A stretch of 64,000 nt of DNA, from positions 25,565 through 89,564 of the forward strand of contig JAPPIT010000034.1 of assembly GCA_028820505.1 (NCBI GenBank). The letters run 5' to 3'. Numbering within the stretch: the first letter of the stretch is position 1; every line of letters begins with the position of its first letter. Under the pieces are notes generated by a model. That model was given only the letters and a program-made list of their open reading frames with translations, was not told where the DNA came from and did not search any database. Positions 18,838 to 27,756 of this stretch are shown here, piece after piece. Position numbers and translations under genes: made by a program. The DNA comes from Defluviicoccus sp. GTDB taxonomy: Bacteria > Pseudomonadota > Alphaproteobacteria > MPNO01.

Positions 18838-19674
18838 TCAATCCGACAGGAAGCCGACCACCAGGCGATTGAACGCTTCGGCGTGTTCGACCTGCGCCCA
18901 ATGACCGCATCGCGCGAAGATGTGCATCTGAGCCCGCTTCATCAGCCGGGTCATCTGAAGCCCCACATCCAGCGCCCCGAACCGGTCGTCCATGCCCCAG
19001 ACGATCAGCGTCGGGGACTCGATCTTGCCAAGGTCCGCGTACAGGTCTTCCTTCTTGTAACGGCCCTGGCGCTTGGCGAAGAGTTCGAGGTTGTCGGGCT
19101 CGATCGTCGTCTGGAACCGTTCCTCGACGACCTCGTCGGTGAGGAAGGAGGAGTCGTAGACCAGCGTGTCGAGAAGCTTGCGCAGCTTCTCCCGGGTCGG
19201 CCCCTCGCCCTTGTAGTAGTCGGCGATCATCTTGATGCCCTCGAGCGGGCTCGGCACGAAGATCGGATTGTTGATTGCTCCCGGGCCGAGCACCACCAGA
19301 CGGTCCACCCGCTCCGGCTTGTCGACGGCGAGCTTCAGCGCCACCTGCCCGCCCATCGAGTTCCCGATGTAATGCGCGCGTTCGATGCCGGTCTCGGTCA
19401 TGAACGCGTCCATCACCCGGGCGTTGAAGCCGAGCCGTCCCTCTTCGATCGGCACCTTCTCGCTCTTGCCGAATTGCGGCATGTCGACCAGCACGGCGCG
19501 GAAGCGTTCGGAGAGCGCGCCGACATTGCGCCGGAAGTTGCTCTCGCTGTTCGCGCCGGGGCCCGCGCCGTGGAGGCAGATGATCGGGTAGCCCCGGCCC
19601 ACCTCCTTGTAGTGCACCCGCACACCGGCCGCGGTCACGAATTGGCTGTCGGACAGGTCTCCGCGTGGTGCCAT
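18838..19674 (-). CDS. alpha/beta-hydrolase, meta-cleavage product (C-C bond) hydrolase family (BphD/CarC/HsaD-like)
   Basis: 278 aa; nucleophile elbow GNSMGG; HGAGPG oxyanion region; C-terminal catalytic His (HWAQ); 25 nt downstream of the M20 gene and 11 nt upstream of the Rieske gene. Confidence 0.85.
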   Translation of the reverse strand: MAPRGDLSDSQFVTAAGVRVHYKEVGRGYPIICLHGAGPGANSESNFRRNVGALSERFRAVLVDMPQFGKSEKVPIEEGRLGFNARVMDAFMTETGIERAHYIGNSMGGQVALKLAVDKPERVDRLVVLGPGAINNPIFVPSPLEGIKMIADYYKGEGPTREKLRKLLDTLVYDSSFLTDEVVEERFQTTIEPDNLELFAKRQGRYKKEDLYADLGKIESPTLIVWGMDDRFGALDVGLQMTRLMKRAQMHIFARCGHWAQVEHAEAFNRLVVGFLSD

Positions 19675-19699
19675 GGGCCGTTCTCCCTCCGCTGGTCGC

Positions 19700-21022
19700 C
19701 TATGATACTACGCCGCACAGATCGAGCGCGGTCAGCGCGTAGACCTTCGACAGGGCAAGCAGATCGTCGACCGCCATCGGCCGCCGGTCTCCCGCGAGCC
19801 CACCGCCGAGAAACGCGGAGCGCGCACGCCCGCCATAGCAGACGGCGGGGATTCCCGCCTCGTTGAACGCGTTGGTGTCCCGCCAGGTGCTTATCGGACC
19901 GGACTCCGCGAATTCCATCGCCTCGTCGAAAACGCGCCGGTGCGCGCGGCCCAGCGCCTCGCCCAACGGGTCCGCGTCCTCGGCGAGATAGCCCCGCCGA
20001 TAGTCGTAGGGCGAGACCTCGCAATCCAGCCCCGTCGCGCCTAGTGTCCGCCGCACCCGGTCGAGAATCTCCGCCGGTCGGGCACCGGGCACGAGGCGCA
20101 CGTCGAAGAACACGTTGCAGCTATCGGAAACCTCGGTGAAGGGGAGGCCGCCCGCCGCCACCTCGCAAACCTGGGCGCGGGGCACGATCGTTCCCTTTCC
20201 GAAGTCGAGCGCGTCGGTTGTCTCGTAGTCCGTCGCCCAGGACTCGAGCGCCGAAATCACATGGGCCGCGCGCTCGAAGGGGTTGGGGTTGTCGCCGGGC
20301 GTCTCGCCGCGGATCAGAAGCGGCGTATAGCGCAGATGGCCGGGTACGGCGATCCGGAGCCGGAGATAGCCGGCCTGGCCCAGACCGAGCTTGAAGTCGG
20401 TGATTTCGCCGACAAGCGCGTAGTCGGCGACGATCCCGTGCTCGACCAGCCAGCGCGCGCCGTGACCCTCCCGCACCTGGCTCATGCGCGGCCCGATTCC
20501 GGACCAGCCCTCGATCTCCTCGCCGCGCTCCGGCGGAGCGCCGGTTTCCTGGGCGACTCCTGTAACGTAGAGGGTCTCGCGGAGCCGAAATCCCGCCCGG
20601 ACAATGGTGCGCATGGCGATCATCTGCGCGGCGAGCTGGGCTTTGTCGTTGGCGAGCCCGTTGCCGAACAGGAGCCCGTCCTGCTCGTGCGCGCCGCGCA
20701 GCCGCCGCTCCTCCTCCGCCCCGGCGGCGGGTGCCGCGCCCTGCGTGTCCATGTGGGCGTTGAGAATCAGCGAGCGGGCGCCGCCCGACCGATCGCCGGT
20801 GCCGCGCAGGATCCCGACGGCATTGGCGCTGGCCGCGTCGATCCGCTGCAGCCGGGTTTCGATCCCCGCCTCGTCGAGCCACGCTTCGACCGCCTGGGCG
20901 ACCGCGATTTCGTCTCCGGCGTAATCGCGCGCATTGCCGAGGCTGAGGCAAAGCTCGACCAGCTCCTGCCTCTGCCCGTCGACGATTTCGATGACCCGAT
21001 CCGCGAGCGCCGTCGCTTCCAC
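19700..21022 (-). CDS. M20-family metallo-amidohydrolase/peptidase (ArgE/DapE/CPG2-like)
   Basis: M20 signature around LNAHMDT and the dimerisation domain; start uncertain: GTG at 21022 (GAGGGA SD), alternative GTG at 21037; the track start at 21163 is unsupported. Confidence 0.7.
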   Translation of the reverse strand: MEATALADRVIEIVDGQRQELVELCLSLGNARDYAGDEIAVAQAVEAWLDEAGIETRLQRIDAASANAVGILRGTGDRSGGARSLILNAHMDTQGAAPAAGAEEERRLRGAHEQDGLLFGNGLANDKAQLAAQMIAMRTIVRAGFRLRETLYVTGVAQETGAPPERGEEIEGWSGIGPRMSQVREGHGARWLVEHGIVADYALVGEITDFKLGLGQAGYLRLRIAVPGHLRYTPLLIRGETPGDNPNPFERAAHVISALESWATDYETTDALDFGKGTIVPRAQVCEVAAGGLPFTEVSDSCNVFFDVRLVPGARPAEILDRVRRTLGATGLDCEVSPYDYRRGYLAEDADPLGEALGRAHRRVFDEAMEFAESGPISTWRDTNAFNEAGIPAVCYGGRARSAFLGGGLAGDRRPMAVDDLLALSKVYALTALDLCGVVS

Positions 21023-21186
21023 CTCTCGATCCCTCACGAGTCGATTGCGTCGTCGAATATCTTGAACCCGCCAGCCCAAGACCGCCAGAGGCGGTTCACA
21101 CAAGTCCGGACGCCGGAGTAGTTTTCCATCGAGGCGATGCACCCCGACCCAGGCGGAAAACACGTTGCCCGGCGAGGAGACGAGAC

Positions 21187-22518
21187 ATGACGCACCCCCA
21201 GCTCGGGCCGGAACGGCAGGCGTGGTTCGACAGGGCCGTCTCCCTGATCGACGAGGAGCGCATCCACCGTCTGGCGTTCGAGCTCACCGCAATCCACAGC
21301 CCGACCGGACGCGAGCGCGCGGCAAGCGAATACATGGTGGCCCGGCTTGCCGAGGCGGGCCTCGAGTCCTGGTACCAGCCGATGGGCGAGGCATCGGGCA
21401 ACGCGGCCGCCAGGCTGCGGGGAAGCGGCGGCGGGCCGAGCCTGCTGCTCTACGCGCCGATAGACACCCATCTCGAGGCCGATCGGGAAACCGACATCCC
21501 GTGGGTCGGCCCCGGGCTCCGACAGGACATGGTTCCCGAGCCGGTGGTGCGCGACGGGCTGATCATCGGGCTCGGCGCCGCCAACCCCAAGGCGATGGTC
21601 GCCACCCAGACGGAAGCCGCCCGCGTGATCGCCGAGGCCGGCATCCCGCTCACCGGCGAGCTGCTGGTCGGGTTCGCCGGTGGCGGTATGCCGGTCGACC
21701 TCGCAGCGCCAGGAAACCGAGGACTGTCGGACGGCGTCTTCCACCTCCTGACCCGCGGCGTCCATGCCGATTTCGCGCTGGTCATGAAGCCGGGAAACGC
21801 GGTCTATTACGAGGAGCCCGGGCTATGCTGGTTCAAGGTGTCGGTCAGGGGCACGATGGGATATGCCGGAATCGCCCGAGGCGTTCCGGGCTTTCGCAGT
21901 TCGATCGTGCCGGCGGCGACGGTGATCGCCGAATTGGAAAACTGGCTCCCGGGCTATACCGAGCGCAACAGTTCGGGCCAGGTGATGCCGCAGGGCTGGT
22001 TGGCGGCGGTGCACGGCGGATGGCCCGATCGGGTGGCCTTTCCCTCAGCGACCACAGAAATCCATCTCGACATCCGCTGCAATCCGCGGACGCCGCCCGC
22101 GGATGTAGCCGCCCAGTTCGGCGCGGCGATCGACGACATCCGCGCGAACCATCCCGAATTCGATCTCGACTGGGAGATGACCGCGGCGATCCCCGGAGCG
22201 AGCACCGACCCGGACAGCTGGATCGTCCGGTCCGCGATCGCCGCGTGGGAGGCGGTCGAAGGACGAGCCCATGAGGCGCCGCGCCGGACCAGCGGCCAGA
22301 CCGACATCTCGACCATCCGCAATCTCGGCATCCCAACCGCGCGCACCGGCTGGGTCAGCGTGCCGGAAGCGACGCCCGAGGAATTCCGGGAGGGCTTGGG
22401 CGGCATGGGGGTCACCAGCGCCTCCGACCTCGCACATACCTGCCGAAAGCTGGTCTATTCCATCATCGACACTTGCACCCGGACGCGCGGGGAGGTGGGC
22501 TGCATCGGCAGGCCATGA
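21187..22518 (+). CDS. M20-family metallo-amidohydrolase/peptidase
   Basis: 443 aa; M20 motifs (LLLYAPIDTH…; GIG…); divergent from the other M20 gene. Confidence 0.8.
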   Translation: MTHPQLGPERQAWFDRAVSLIDEERIHRLAFELTAIHSPTGRERAASEYMVARLAEAGLESWYQPMGEASGNAAARLRGSGGGPSLLLYAPIDTHLEADRETDIPWVGPGLRQDMVPEPVVRDGLIIGLGAANPKAMVATQTEAARVIAEAGIPLTGELLVGFAGGGMPVDLAAPGNRGLSDGVFHLLTRGVHADFALVMKPGNAVYYEEPGLCWFKVSVRGTMGYAGIARGVPGFRSSIVPAATVIAELENWLPGYTERNSSGQVMPQGWLAAVHGGWPDRVAFPSATTEIHLDIRCNPRTPPADVAAQFGAAIDDIRANHPEFDLDWEMTAAIPGASTDPDSWIVRSAIAAWEAVEGRAHEAPRRTSGQTDISTIRNLGIPTARTGWVSVPEATPEEFREGLGGMGVTSASDLAHTCRKLVYSIIDTCTRTRGEVGCIGRP

Positions 22519-22672
22519 GGGTTCCTCCAATCCTGACCTTATCGAACGGTGGGCGGGCAACGATGGAATCCGCATCGATGACGCCGGTGTTTCGCGGGGG
22601 CAGGCCAACGAGGCGCGGCGCTTCGAGTTCGTCAAGGAACCGCTCACCGCTCCGGCGCTCGGGACGTCTTGA

Positions 22673-22990
22673 AAGCTAGCGCCGGCCGGCAAGCGGGATC
22701 GCCCGACCGGGAGGTCCGGGCCGGTCGAGCGCGTCATCTTCCACATTCCTGAGAACGGCTTCTGTGTGCTCAGGACCCGGGCGCGCGGCCATCGCGAGCT
22801 GGTGACCGTGGTCGGCCACGCCGCGACCGCACCCACGGCCAGGACTTCCGGGCGCGCTTCATCCGCACCGCCGCGCCCACTTCGGTGGAGGGCATCGAGA
22901 AGTATCTCGGTTCGGGCATGATCCAGGGCATCGGTCCGGTCTACGCCCGCAAGCTGGTCCGCGCGTTCGGCGACAAGGTGCGCGAGAAGT
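22673..22990 (+). pseudogene. remnant of the N-terminus of a RecD2-like (ATP-dependent RecD-like) DNA helicase
   Basis: Frame 2 encodes …PTGRSGPVERVIFHIPENGFCVLRTRARGHRELVTVVGHAA, then frame 1 encodes DRTHGQDFRARFIRTAAPTSVEGIEKYLGSGMIQGIGPVYARKLVRAFGDKV. Both match the conserved N-terminal region of alphaproteobacterial RecD2-type helicases, with about 15 residues missing and a frameshift at the junction. No start codon (in-frame TGA at 22670), and no helicase motifs follow. Confidence 0.6.
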
Positions 22991-23281
22991 CCACTTGCCG
23001 GGCTTGCGAGAAGATCAGCCAGCCGCCGGCGCCCCTCCACCCGACGCCGCAGGGCCGGCTGCGCCACGCCGACCGCCGGCTTGGGCCGGAAACCATCACT
23101 GGATCAGCGTTCGAGTTGGACAATGCGCCGGAGCAGGTCATTGGCATGGATACGTCGAAGTCGATGATCGGACCCGCGCCTGACGCCGAACGGCCTCCTG
23201 TCGGCCGGGCCCGGAATGCAGCGAAGTATGGAGGACGCAATCCAGAAATCCGCCTCGAATCTGTCTGTCCCGGACTTCGAT

Positions 23282-23374
23282 CTAGAAATATGCGACATGG
23301 AAGAAGGCGACCACCACGGCGACCGCGAGGACGACAAAGGGCAGAAAGGGCAGCAAATTTCGGAGGAAACGCAT
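23282..23374 (-). CDS. candidate 30-aa single-TM small protein (MRFLRNLLPFLPFVVLAVAVVVAFFHVAYF)
   Basis: ATG 5 nt after the TauE stop on the same strand; uniformly hydrophobic core flanked by charged ends; below the track size cut-off. Could be chance. Confidence 0.25.
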   Translation of the reverse strand: MRFLRNLLPFLPFVVLAVAVVVAFFHVAYF

Positions 23375-23382
23375 GGCGGTGC

Positions 23383-24474
23383 TTACAGCCTGAACGGCAA
23401 TTCCACGAAAAATGCAATGACATAAAGCGCACCGGCGAGACCGGTGATGCCTCCCAGCATCAGTTTCAGAAGATGCTCCGGAACGAAGCGCTGGGTCTTG
23501 GACGCGCACCACGCGCCGAGGATTCCGCCGGAAGCGGCGAAGCACCCCCACGCCCATTCGGGCGCGATGACCACGCCGGAATATCGGGGAACGACGACCG
23601 AATAGGTGAACAGCCCTACGGCGGACAGCACGATCACATATGGGATGGTGGCGGCGACGAGGACGTACATGGGCAGACGGTAGATCGCCGAGAAAATCGG
23701 CACCAGCAGGAACCCGCCGCCGACGCCGAGAGCGGAGGAAACGATGCCGACGGCCAATCCCGTCACCGTGAGCATCCGCTTGGAGATGCGCCAGCGCTCC
23801 CCCCAGTATTCTATGGTGATGCGGCCGGCGGCACGCGATGCGGTCACGATGGCTTCGTTCGCCGGGATGCCGGACGGCGTCTTGCCCTCGGCCTGTCGTT
23901 GCGCCGCCATCCGGTGGAACCTGGCTTCCAGCCCGGTGCCTGTCTTGCGCTCGCGATAGCCGCGGCCTGCTGCCAGGCAAAGGTGGGACCCGGCCACGAC
24001 AAGCGCGATACCGACGGCGAAAGTAAACGGTTCGACATCCGACAGGACGGACACCCGGATGAATGGGCCGATCAGCCCGCCGGCGATGCCACCGAGGCAA
24101 ACCCACTTGGCAAGGTCGAAATTGAACTGGCGGTTCCGCCGGAAGCCGAACAGCGCTCCGAACGGGTTGAGGAACGTGAGCAGCTGCGTGGTGGGCGTCA
24201 CGCTGGGCGCGGTGAACTGGAGGACGGACATCGTATATGGCAGGGCGAAAATCCCCGCCGCCTCGCCGACCACCGCCATGGTGTAGCCGGTCCAGAAACC
24301 CATCCAGATCAGATGCCAGATCGGAACCCGGACGCCGGCCAGCGGGAAAGGGGCATCGGCACCCGGCAGGAACCCGTGCTGCAATTCGGCCGCGACGAAA
24401 CCGAGCCCGAGGACGACCGCGATCAGGGGCAGTTGTTCTCTCAGGAACTCTTTCAGGATGGGGTGGGCGTTCAC
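23383..24474 (-). CDS. TauE/SafE (TSUP, DUF81) family membrane exporter, putative sulfite/sulfonate-anion exporter
   Basis: 363 aa with two 4-TM repeats carrying the G-rich motifs GVGGGFLLVP / GLAGALY typical of TSUP proteins, split by a cytoplasmic insert; last large gene of the LysR-divergent operon. Confidence 0.75.
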   Translation of the reverse strand: MNAHPILKEFLREQLPLIAVVLGLGFVAAELQHGFLPGADAPFPLAGVRVPIWHLIWMGFWTGYTMAVVGEAAGIFALPYTMSVLQFTAPSVTPTTQLLTFLNPFGALFGFRRNRQFNFDLAKWVCLGGIAGGLIGPFIRVSVLSDVEPFTFAVGIALVVAGSHLCLAAGRGYRERKTGTGLEARFHRMAAQRQAEGKTPSGIPANEAIVTASRAAGRITIEYWGERWRISKRMLTVTGLAVGIVSSALGVGGGFLLVPIFSAIYRLPMYVLVAATIPYVIVLSAVGLFTYSVVVPRYSGVVIAPEWAWGCFAASGGILGAWCASKTQRFVPEHLLKLMLGGITGLAGALYVIAFFVELPFRL

Positions 24475-24486
24475 TTGACCCGGATG

Positions 24487-25896
24487 TCAGGATCGATGGG
24501 AATCGCTCGGTCCGTGGAGACGAACGATATCGGCATCGTCGATCGACCGGATCCCCGTTTCCAAATGCTCCCGCGTGAACGCATCCATCGAGACGCCCAC
24601 GGGTTCGCCTCCGACCACCGCGGGGCGCCCGGCAACCACCGTCGCAACGATATTGGCCCGGTCGTAGTAACGCACCAGTTCCCACACGAAATCCCAGGAT
24701 GGCAGAACTTCCGGAGACTCCATTTCGAGGACCAGGAAATCCGCCTCCAGCCCCGGTTCGAGCGCGCCGGTGACCGCGCCGAGACCGGCCACCTGCGCCC
24801 CCGCCCTGGTCGCCGCATCGAGCCAGATCCAGCCGGCGCCGCAGGAAAAATCGTCGTTGGGCATCCCATAGGCCAGACGCTGACAGACCTCCGCCGCATC
24901 GAGCAGACGGAATGCGTCGTTGCGCGTGGCGTCGGTGCCGAGCCCGATGCGGATACCGCGGCGGGCGTAATCGAGGGCGGGGGCCACGCCGTTGCCCTTC
25001 CACTGGCTGGCCACCGGGTTGTAGGACACCGCGGTATCCGTATCGCCGAGGATGACGATTTCGTCGCCGGTGACCAGCGCCGCGTGGGCGATCAGCGTTG
25101 TCGGCCCGAGGGCGCCGAGCTTGTTGAGATATTCGATCGGTCGGCAGCCTTCCCGCTCGATACAGCGATGGACTTCCGGCGTGTGCTCATTGGCATGGAT
25201 CTGGAAGACGATGCCCCGTTCCGCGCAATAATCCGACAGGCATTTGATCATCTCGCCGCTGTTCGACTGCACGGTGCCGCAGGCAAGGGACGGCGTGACG
25301 TTGCGTCGCCTCGCCGTCCGCGCGACGTGGTCGTCGGCGGTTCGCAGCGCATCGTCGACGGTCGACGCGGCCGCCGGTTTCGTCGCGTCGGTCTCGAAAT
25401 CGGACAGGTCGTAGACTCCGGTCGACGAGACGAGCCGCAAACCGGTTTCCTCGGCGGCTCTCTGGATGGCGTCGGTGTGGTCGACGCCGCGGATGCCGTG
25501 ATCGACGATCGTCGTGAAACCGCCGCGCAGCGCCTCGAAGAAGGTCCATTTGGCGGCGATGTACGCTGTTTCGGGGGTCGACGCTTCCTCGAGCGGCATC
25601 CATATCCGCTTCCACATCTGGGCCGGCTCGCCGCAGGTGATCGCCTTGGCGAAGGGTTCGGTGACATGGTGATGGGTATCGACGAACCCGGGCACGATCG
25701 CCCGTTTCTCCAGGCGAATGGTCGGGATTTTCGGATCGACGGTTGACTCGCGCCCGGACGTGGGTTCGATGGCAAGAATCTTGCCGTTCTCGACCGCCAT
25801 GACCGCATCGCGGATCGGACCGTCCGGTCCCAGAATAAGGTCGGGGCGCAACGCGTACGCCCCGACCGAACCCAGACTCTCGAGACCGTGGGTCAC
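24487..25896 (-). CDS. amidohydrolase-superfamily metal-dependent hydrolase (ATZ/TRZ / cytosine-deaminase-like), paralog 1
   Basis: HxH metal motif (VDTHHHV), HANEH and GLGTD motifs; GTG start 25896..25894 overlaps the SBP stop (GTGA); about 45% identity by eye to the paralog at 28533..29963. Confidence 0.8.
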   Translation of the reverse strand: MTHGLESLGSVGAYALRPDLILGPDGPIRDAVMAVENGKILAIEPTSGRESTVDPKIPTIRLEKRAIVPGFVDTHHHVTEPFAKAITCGEPAQMWKRIWMPLEEASTPETAYIAAKWTFFEALRGGFTTIVDHGIRGVDHTDAIQRAAEETGLRLVSSTGVYDLSDFETDATKPAAASTVDDALRTADDHVARTARRRNVTPSLACGTVQSNSGEMIKCLSDYCAERGIVFQIHANEHTPEVHRCIEREGCRPIEYLNKLGALGPTTLIAHAALVTGDEIVILGDTDTAVSYNPVASQWKGNGVAPALDYARRGIRIGLGTDATRNDAFRLLDAAEVCQRLAYGMPNDDFSCGAGWIWLDAATRAGAQVAGLGAVTGALEPGLEADFLVLEMESPEVLPSWDFVWELVRYYDRANIVATVVAGRPAVVGGEPVGVSMDAFTREHLETGIRSIDDADIVRLHGPSDSHRS

Positions 25897-26867
25897 TTCA
25901 GATCGACCCGGTCGCTCGCCAGCGCCTTCAGGAATTCGCCGCGGAGAAACGGGCGGTAAAGCGCGCGCGTCGACTTGACGCCCTTGATCGAGCCCCGGCT
26001 CGCGATCCACGCGCCCTCGCGCACCATCAGGTCGAGAAGGTTCTCCTCCAGCGACATCCGATGGTGATAGTTGGACCAGGCGGCCTTGATGTAGTCCATC
26101 TTGAACCGGCCCTTGGTGACGCGGTCCACGGCCATCTGGCTTTCCGCGGGATCGGCCTTGACCAGCTTTTCTCCCTCCAACAGCGCCGCGAGCACTGCGC
26201 TTACTGTTTTCGGATTCTTGTCGATCATCTCCGCAGTGCCGGCAAAGATGAACCGCGTGCTGTAGTTGCTGATGCGGAATTCACGGTAACGGTCGCCGAG
26301 CGCTCGTTTGGCACCGCCGTAAAAGGACGGGAACATCGCCGCCGCATCGACATCGCCGCGGACCAGCGCCGAGACGATATCCGGCGGCGCGACATTGACG
26401 ATTTCGGCCGTCACGCCCGCCTTCTTCAACAGGTCGGAAAGCATGAAGTGGACGTTGGTTCCGATAGTCGTGCCGATCTTGTGGCCGGCCAGCGCCTTGA
26501 TCGATTTGAGGTCCACCTTCTCGTTGGAAATGATTCGGCCGGCTCGGTACTGGGACATCTCGGCCAGCACGCCGAACTTCAGACCCCGCATGGCCCCGAT
26601 CACCGCTGGAAACTCGGCCATCAGCGCGAAATCGAGCTGTCCCCCGATCATGGCCTCGAACGCGGACCGCCCGGTGCGGAACGGGATCGCCTTGGCCTCC
26701 AGCCCATGCTTCTTCCACAGATTCTTGTCGATCGCCTGGGTCATCTGGGGAACGTCCAGATAAGGCCCGCCGCCGATCGTGATCTTGGTCTCTTGCGCCG
26801 ACACCGACATCGTCGCGGCAGCGACGACGGCGAGGCCGGCCACCGTTCCTGTCGTTAACCTAAGCAT
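25893..26867 (-). CDS. ABC transporter substrate-binding protein, NitT/TauT (SsuA/TauA/NMT1-like) family
   Basis: 324 aa with signal peptide (…AAATMSVSAQE); NMT1/THI5-like SBP sequence. Confidence 0.8.
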   Translation of the reverse strand: MLRLTTGTVAGLAVVAAATMSVSAQETKITIGGGPYLDVPQMTQAIDKNLWKKHGLEAKAIPFRTGRSAFEAMIGGQLDFALMAEFPAVIGAMRGLKFGVLAEMSQYRAGRIISNEKVDLKSIKALAGHKIGTTIGTNVHFMLSDLLKKAGVTAEIVNVAPPDIVSALVRGDVDAAAMFPSFYGGAKRALGDRYREFRISNYSTRFIFAGTAEMIDKNPKTVSAVLAALLEGEKLVKADPAESQMAVDRVTKGRFKMDYIKAAWSNYHHRMSLEENLLDLMVREGAWIASRGSIKGVKSTRALYRPFLRGEFLKALASDRVDLK

Positions 26868-26940
26868 CTTCGGTCTCCTCGGTTTTGGTGTCCAGGTTAC
26901 GCACTCTCGCTACAGACTCTCCATTCCCGGCCCCTTCTCA

Positions 26941-27756
26941 TCATTCCGCGCTGTCGCCGGACTCGCCCGGCCGCAGAAGCCTCATGATCCGGTTTCGGTT
27001 ATTGAGGAAATCTTCGGTGACCTCGTCGACCTTCCTGGGGCGCGGCGTATCGACGTCGATCGATTCGACGATGCGCCCGGGCCCGGCCGACATCACATGC
27101 GCCCAATCCGAAAGCAGCAGCGCCTCGTCGACGTCGTGGGTCACGAACAGCACCGTCGCCCGATGCATGTCCCAGACACGCAGCAGGAGTTCCTGCATCG
27201 CGACGCGCGTCTGGGCGTCGAGGGCGCCGAAGGGTTCGTCCATCAGGAGGACCTTGGGTTCCGATGCAAAGGTCCTCGCGAGCGCCACCCGCTGCTTCAT
27301 GCCGCCGGATAGCTGCCCGGGGAAAGTTCTCGCCCGGTCTTCCAGCCCCACTTCGCGCAGCGCCTCGATGGCGCGGTCACGCCGTTCCGCCTTCGGCAAC
27401 TGCAGCCGTTTCAGGGCAAACTCGACGTTTCCGATCGCCGTGAACCAGGGGAACAGCGCATATTGCTGGAACACCACGCCGACCTCGGGGTTGATTCCGG
27501 TCACCATGTCTTGGTCGATCCTGATGGTGCCGCCGGAGATCGGAACGAAGCCGGCGATGGCGTTCAGTATTGTCGACTTGCCGCAGCCCGACGGCCCGAT
27601 GAGGGCAGTGAACGAACCCGGCTCCAGAATTAGATCGACGTTCTTCACCGCGTCGAGCGGCTCGCCGCCGGGCAGCTTGAAGGTGATCGTCAGGTCTTCG
27701 ATCTCGACCTTGCCTAAGCCGTTGGATGAGTCTGCGATGCCGGTCGGGTCGCTCAC
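26941..27756 (-). CDS. ABC transporter ATP-binding protein (NitT/TauT family)
   Basis: Walker A GPSGCGKST, LSGGMKQRVALAR, LLMDEP; GTG start overlaps the permease stop (ATGTGA). The track ORF of 531 aa is a read-through into the permease gene in another frame. Confidence 0.85.
   Translation of the reverse strand: MSDPTGIADSSNGLGKVEIEDLTITFKLPGGEPLDAVKNVDLILEPGSFTALIGPSGCGKSTILNAIAGFVPISGGTIRIDQDMVTGINPEVGVVFQQYALFPWFTAIGNVEFALKRLQLPKAERRDRAIEALREVGLEDRARTFPGQLSGGMKQRVALARTFASEPKVLLMDEPFGALDAQTRVAMQELLLRVWDMHRATVLFVTHDVDEALLLSDWAHVMSAGPGRIVESIDVDTPRPRKVDEVTEDFLNNRNRIMRLLRPGESGDSAE

Noticed and set aside
22045-23067. 340-aa minus-strand ORF
   Set aside because: Antisense to the M20 peptidase gene (21187..22518) and to the helicase remnant; junk composition.
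22885-25746. 953-aa plus-strand ORF
   Set aside because: Only its first about 35 codons are meaningful (part of the RecD2-like remnant). The rest runs antisense through the TauE and amidohydrolase genes and has Arg/Gly/Asp-rich GC-artefact composition.
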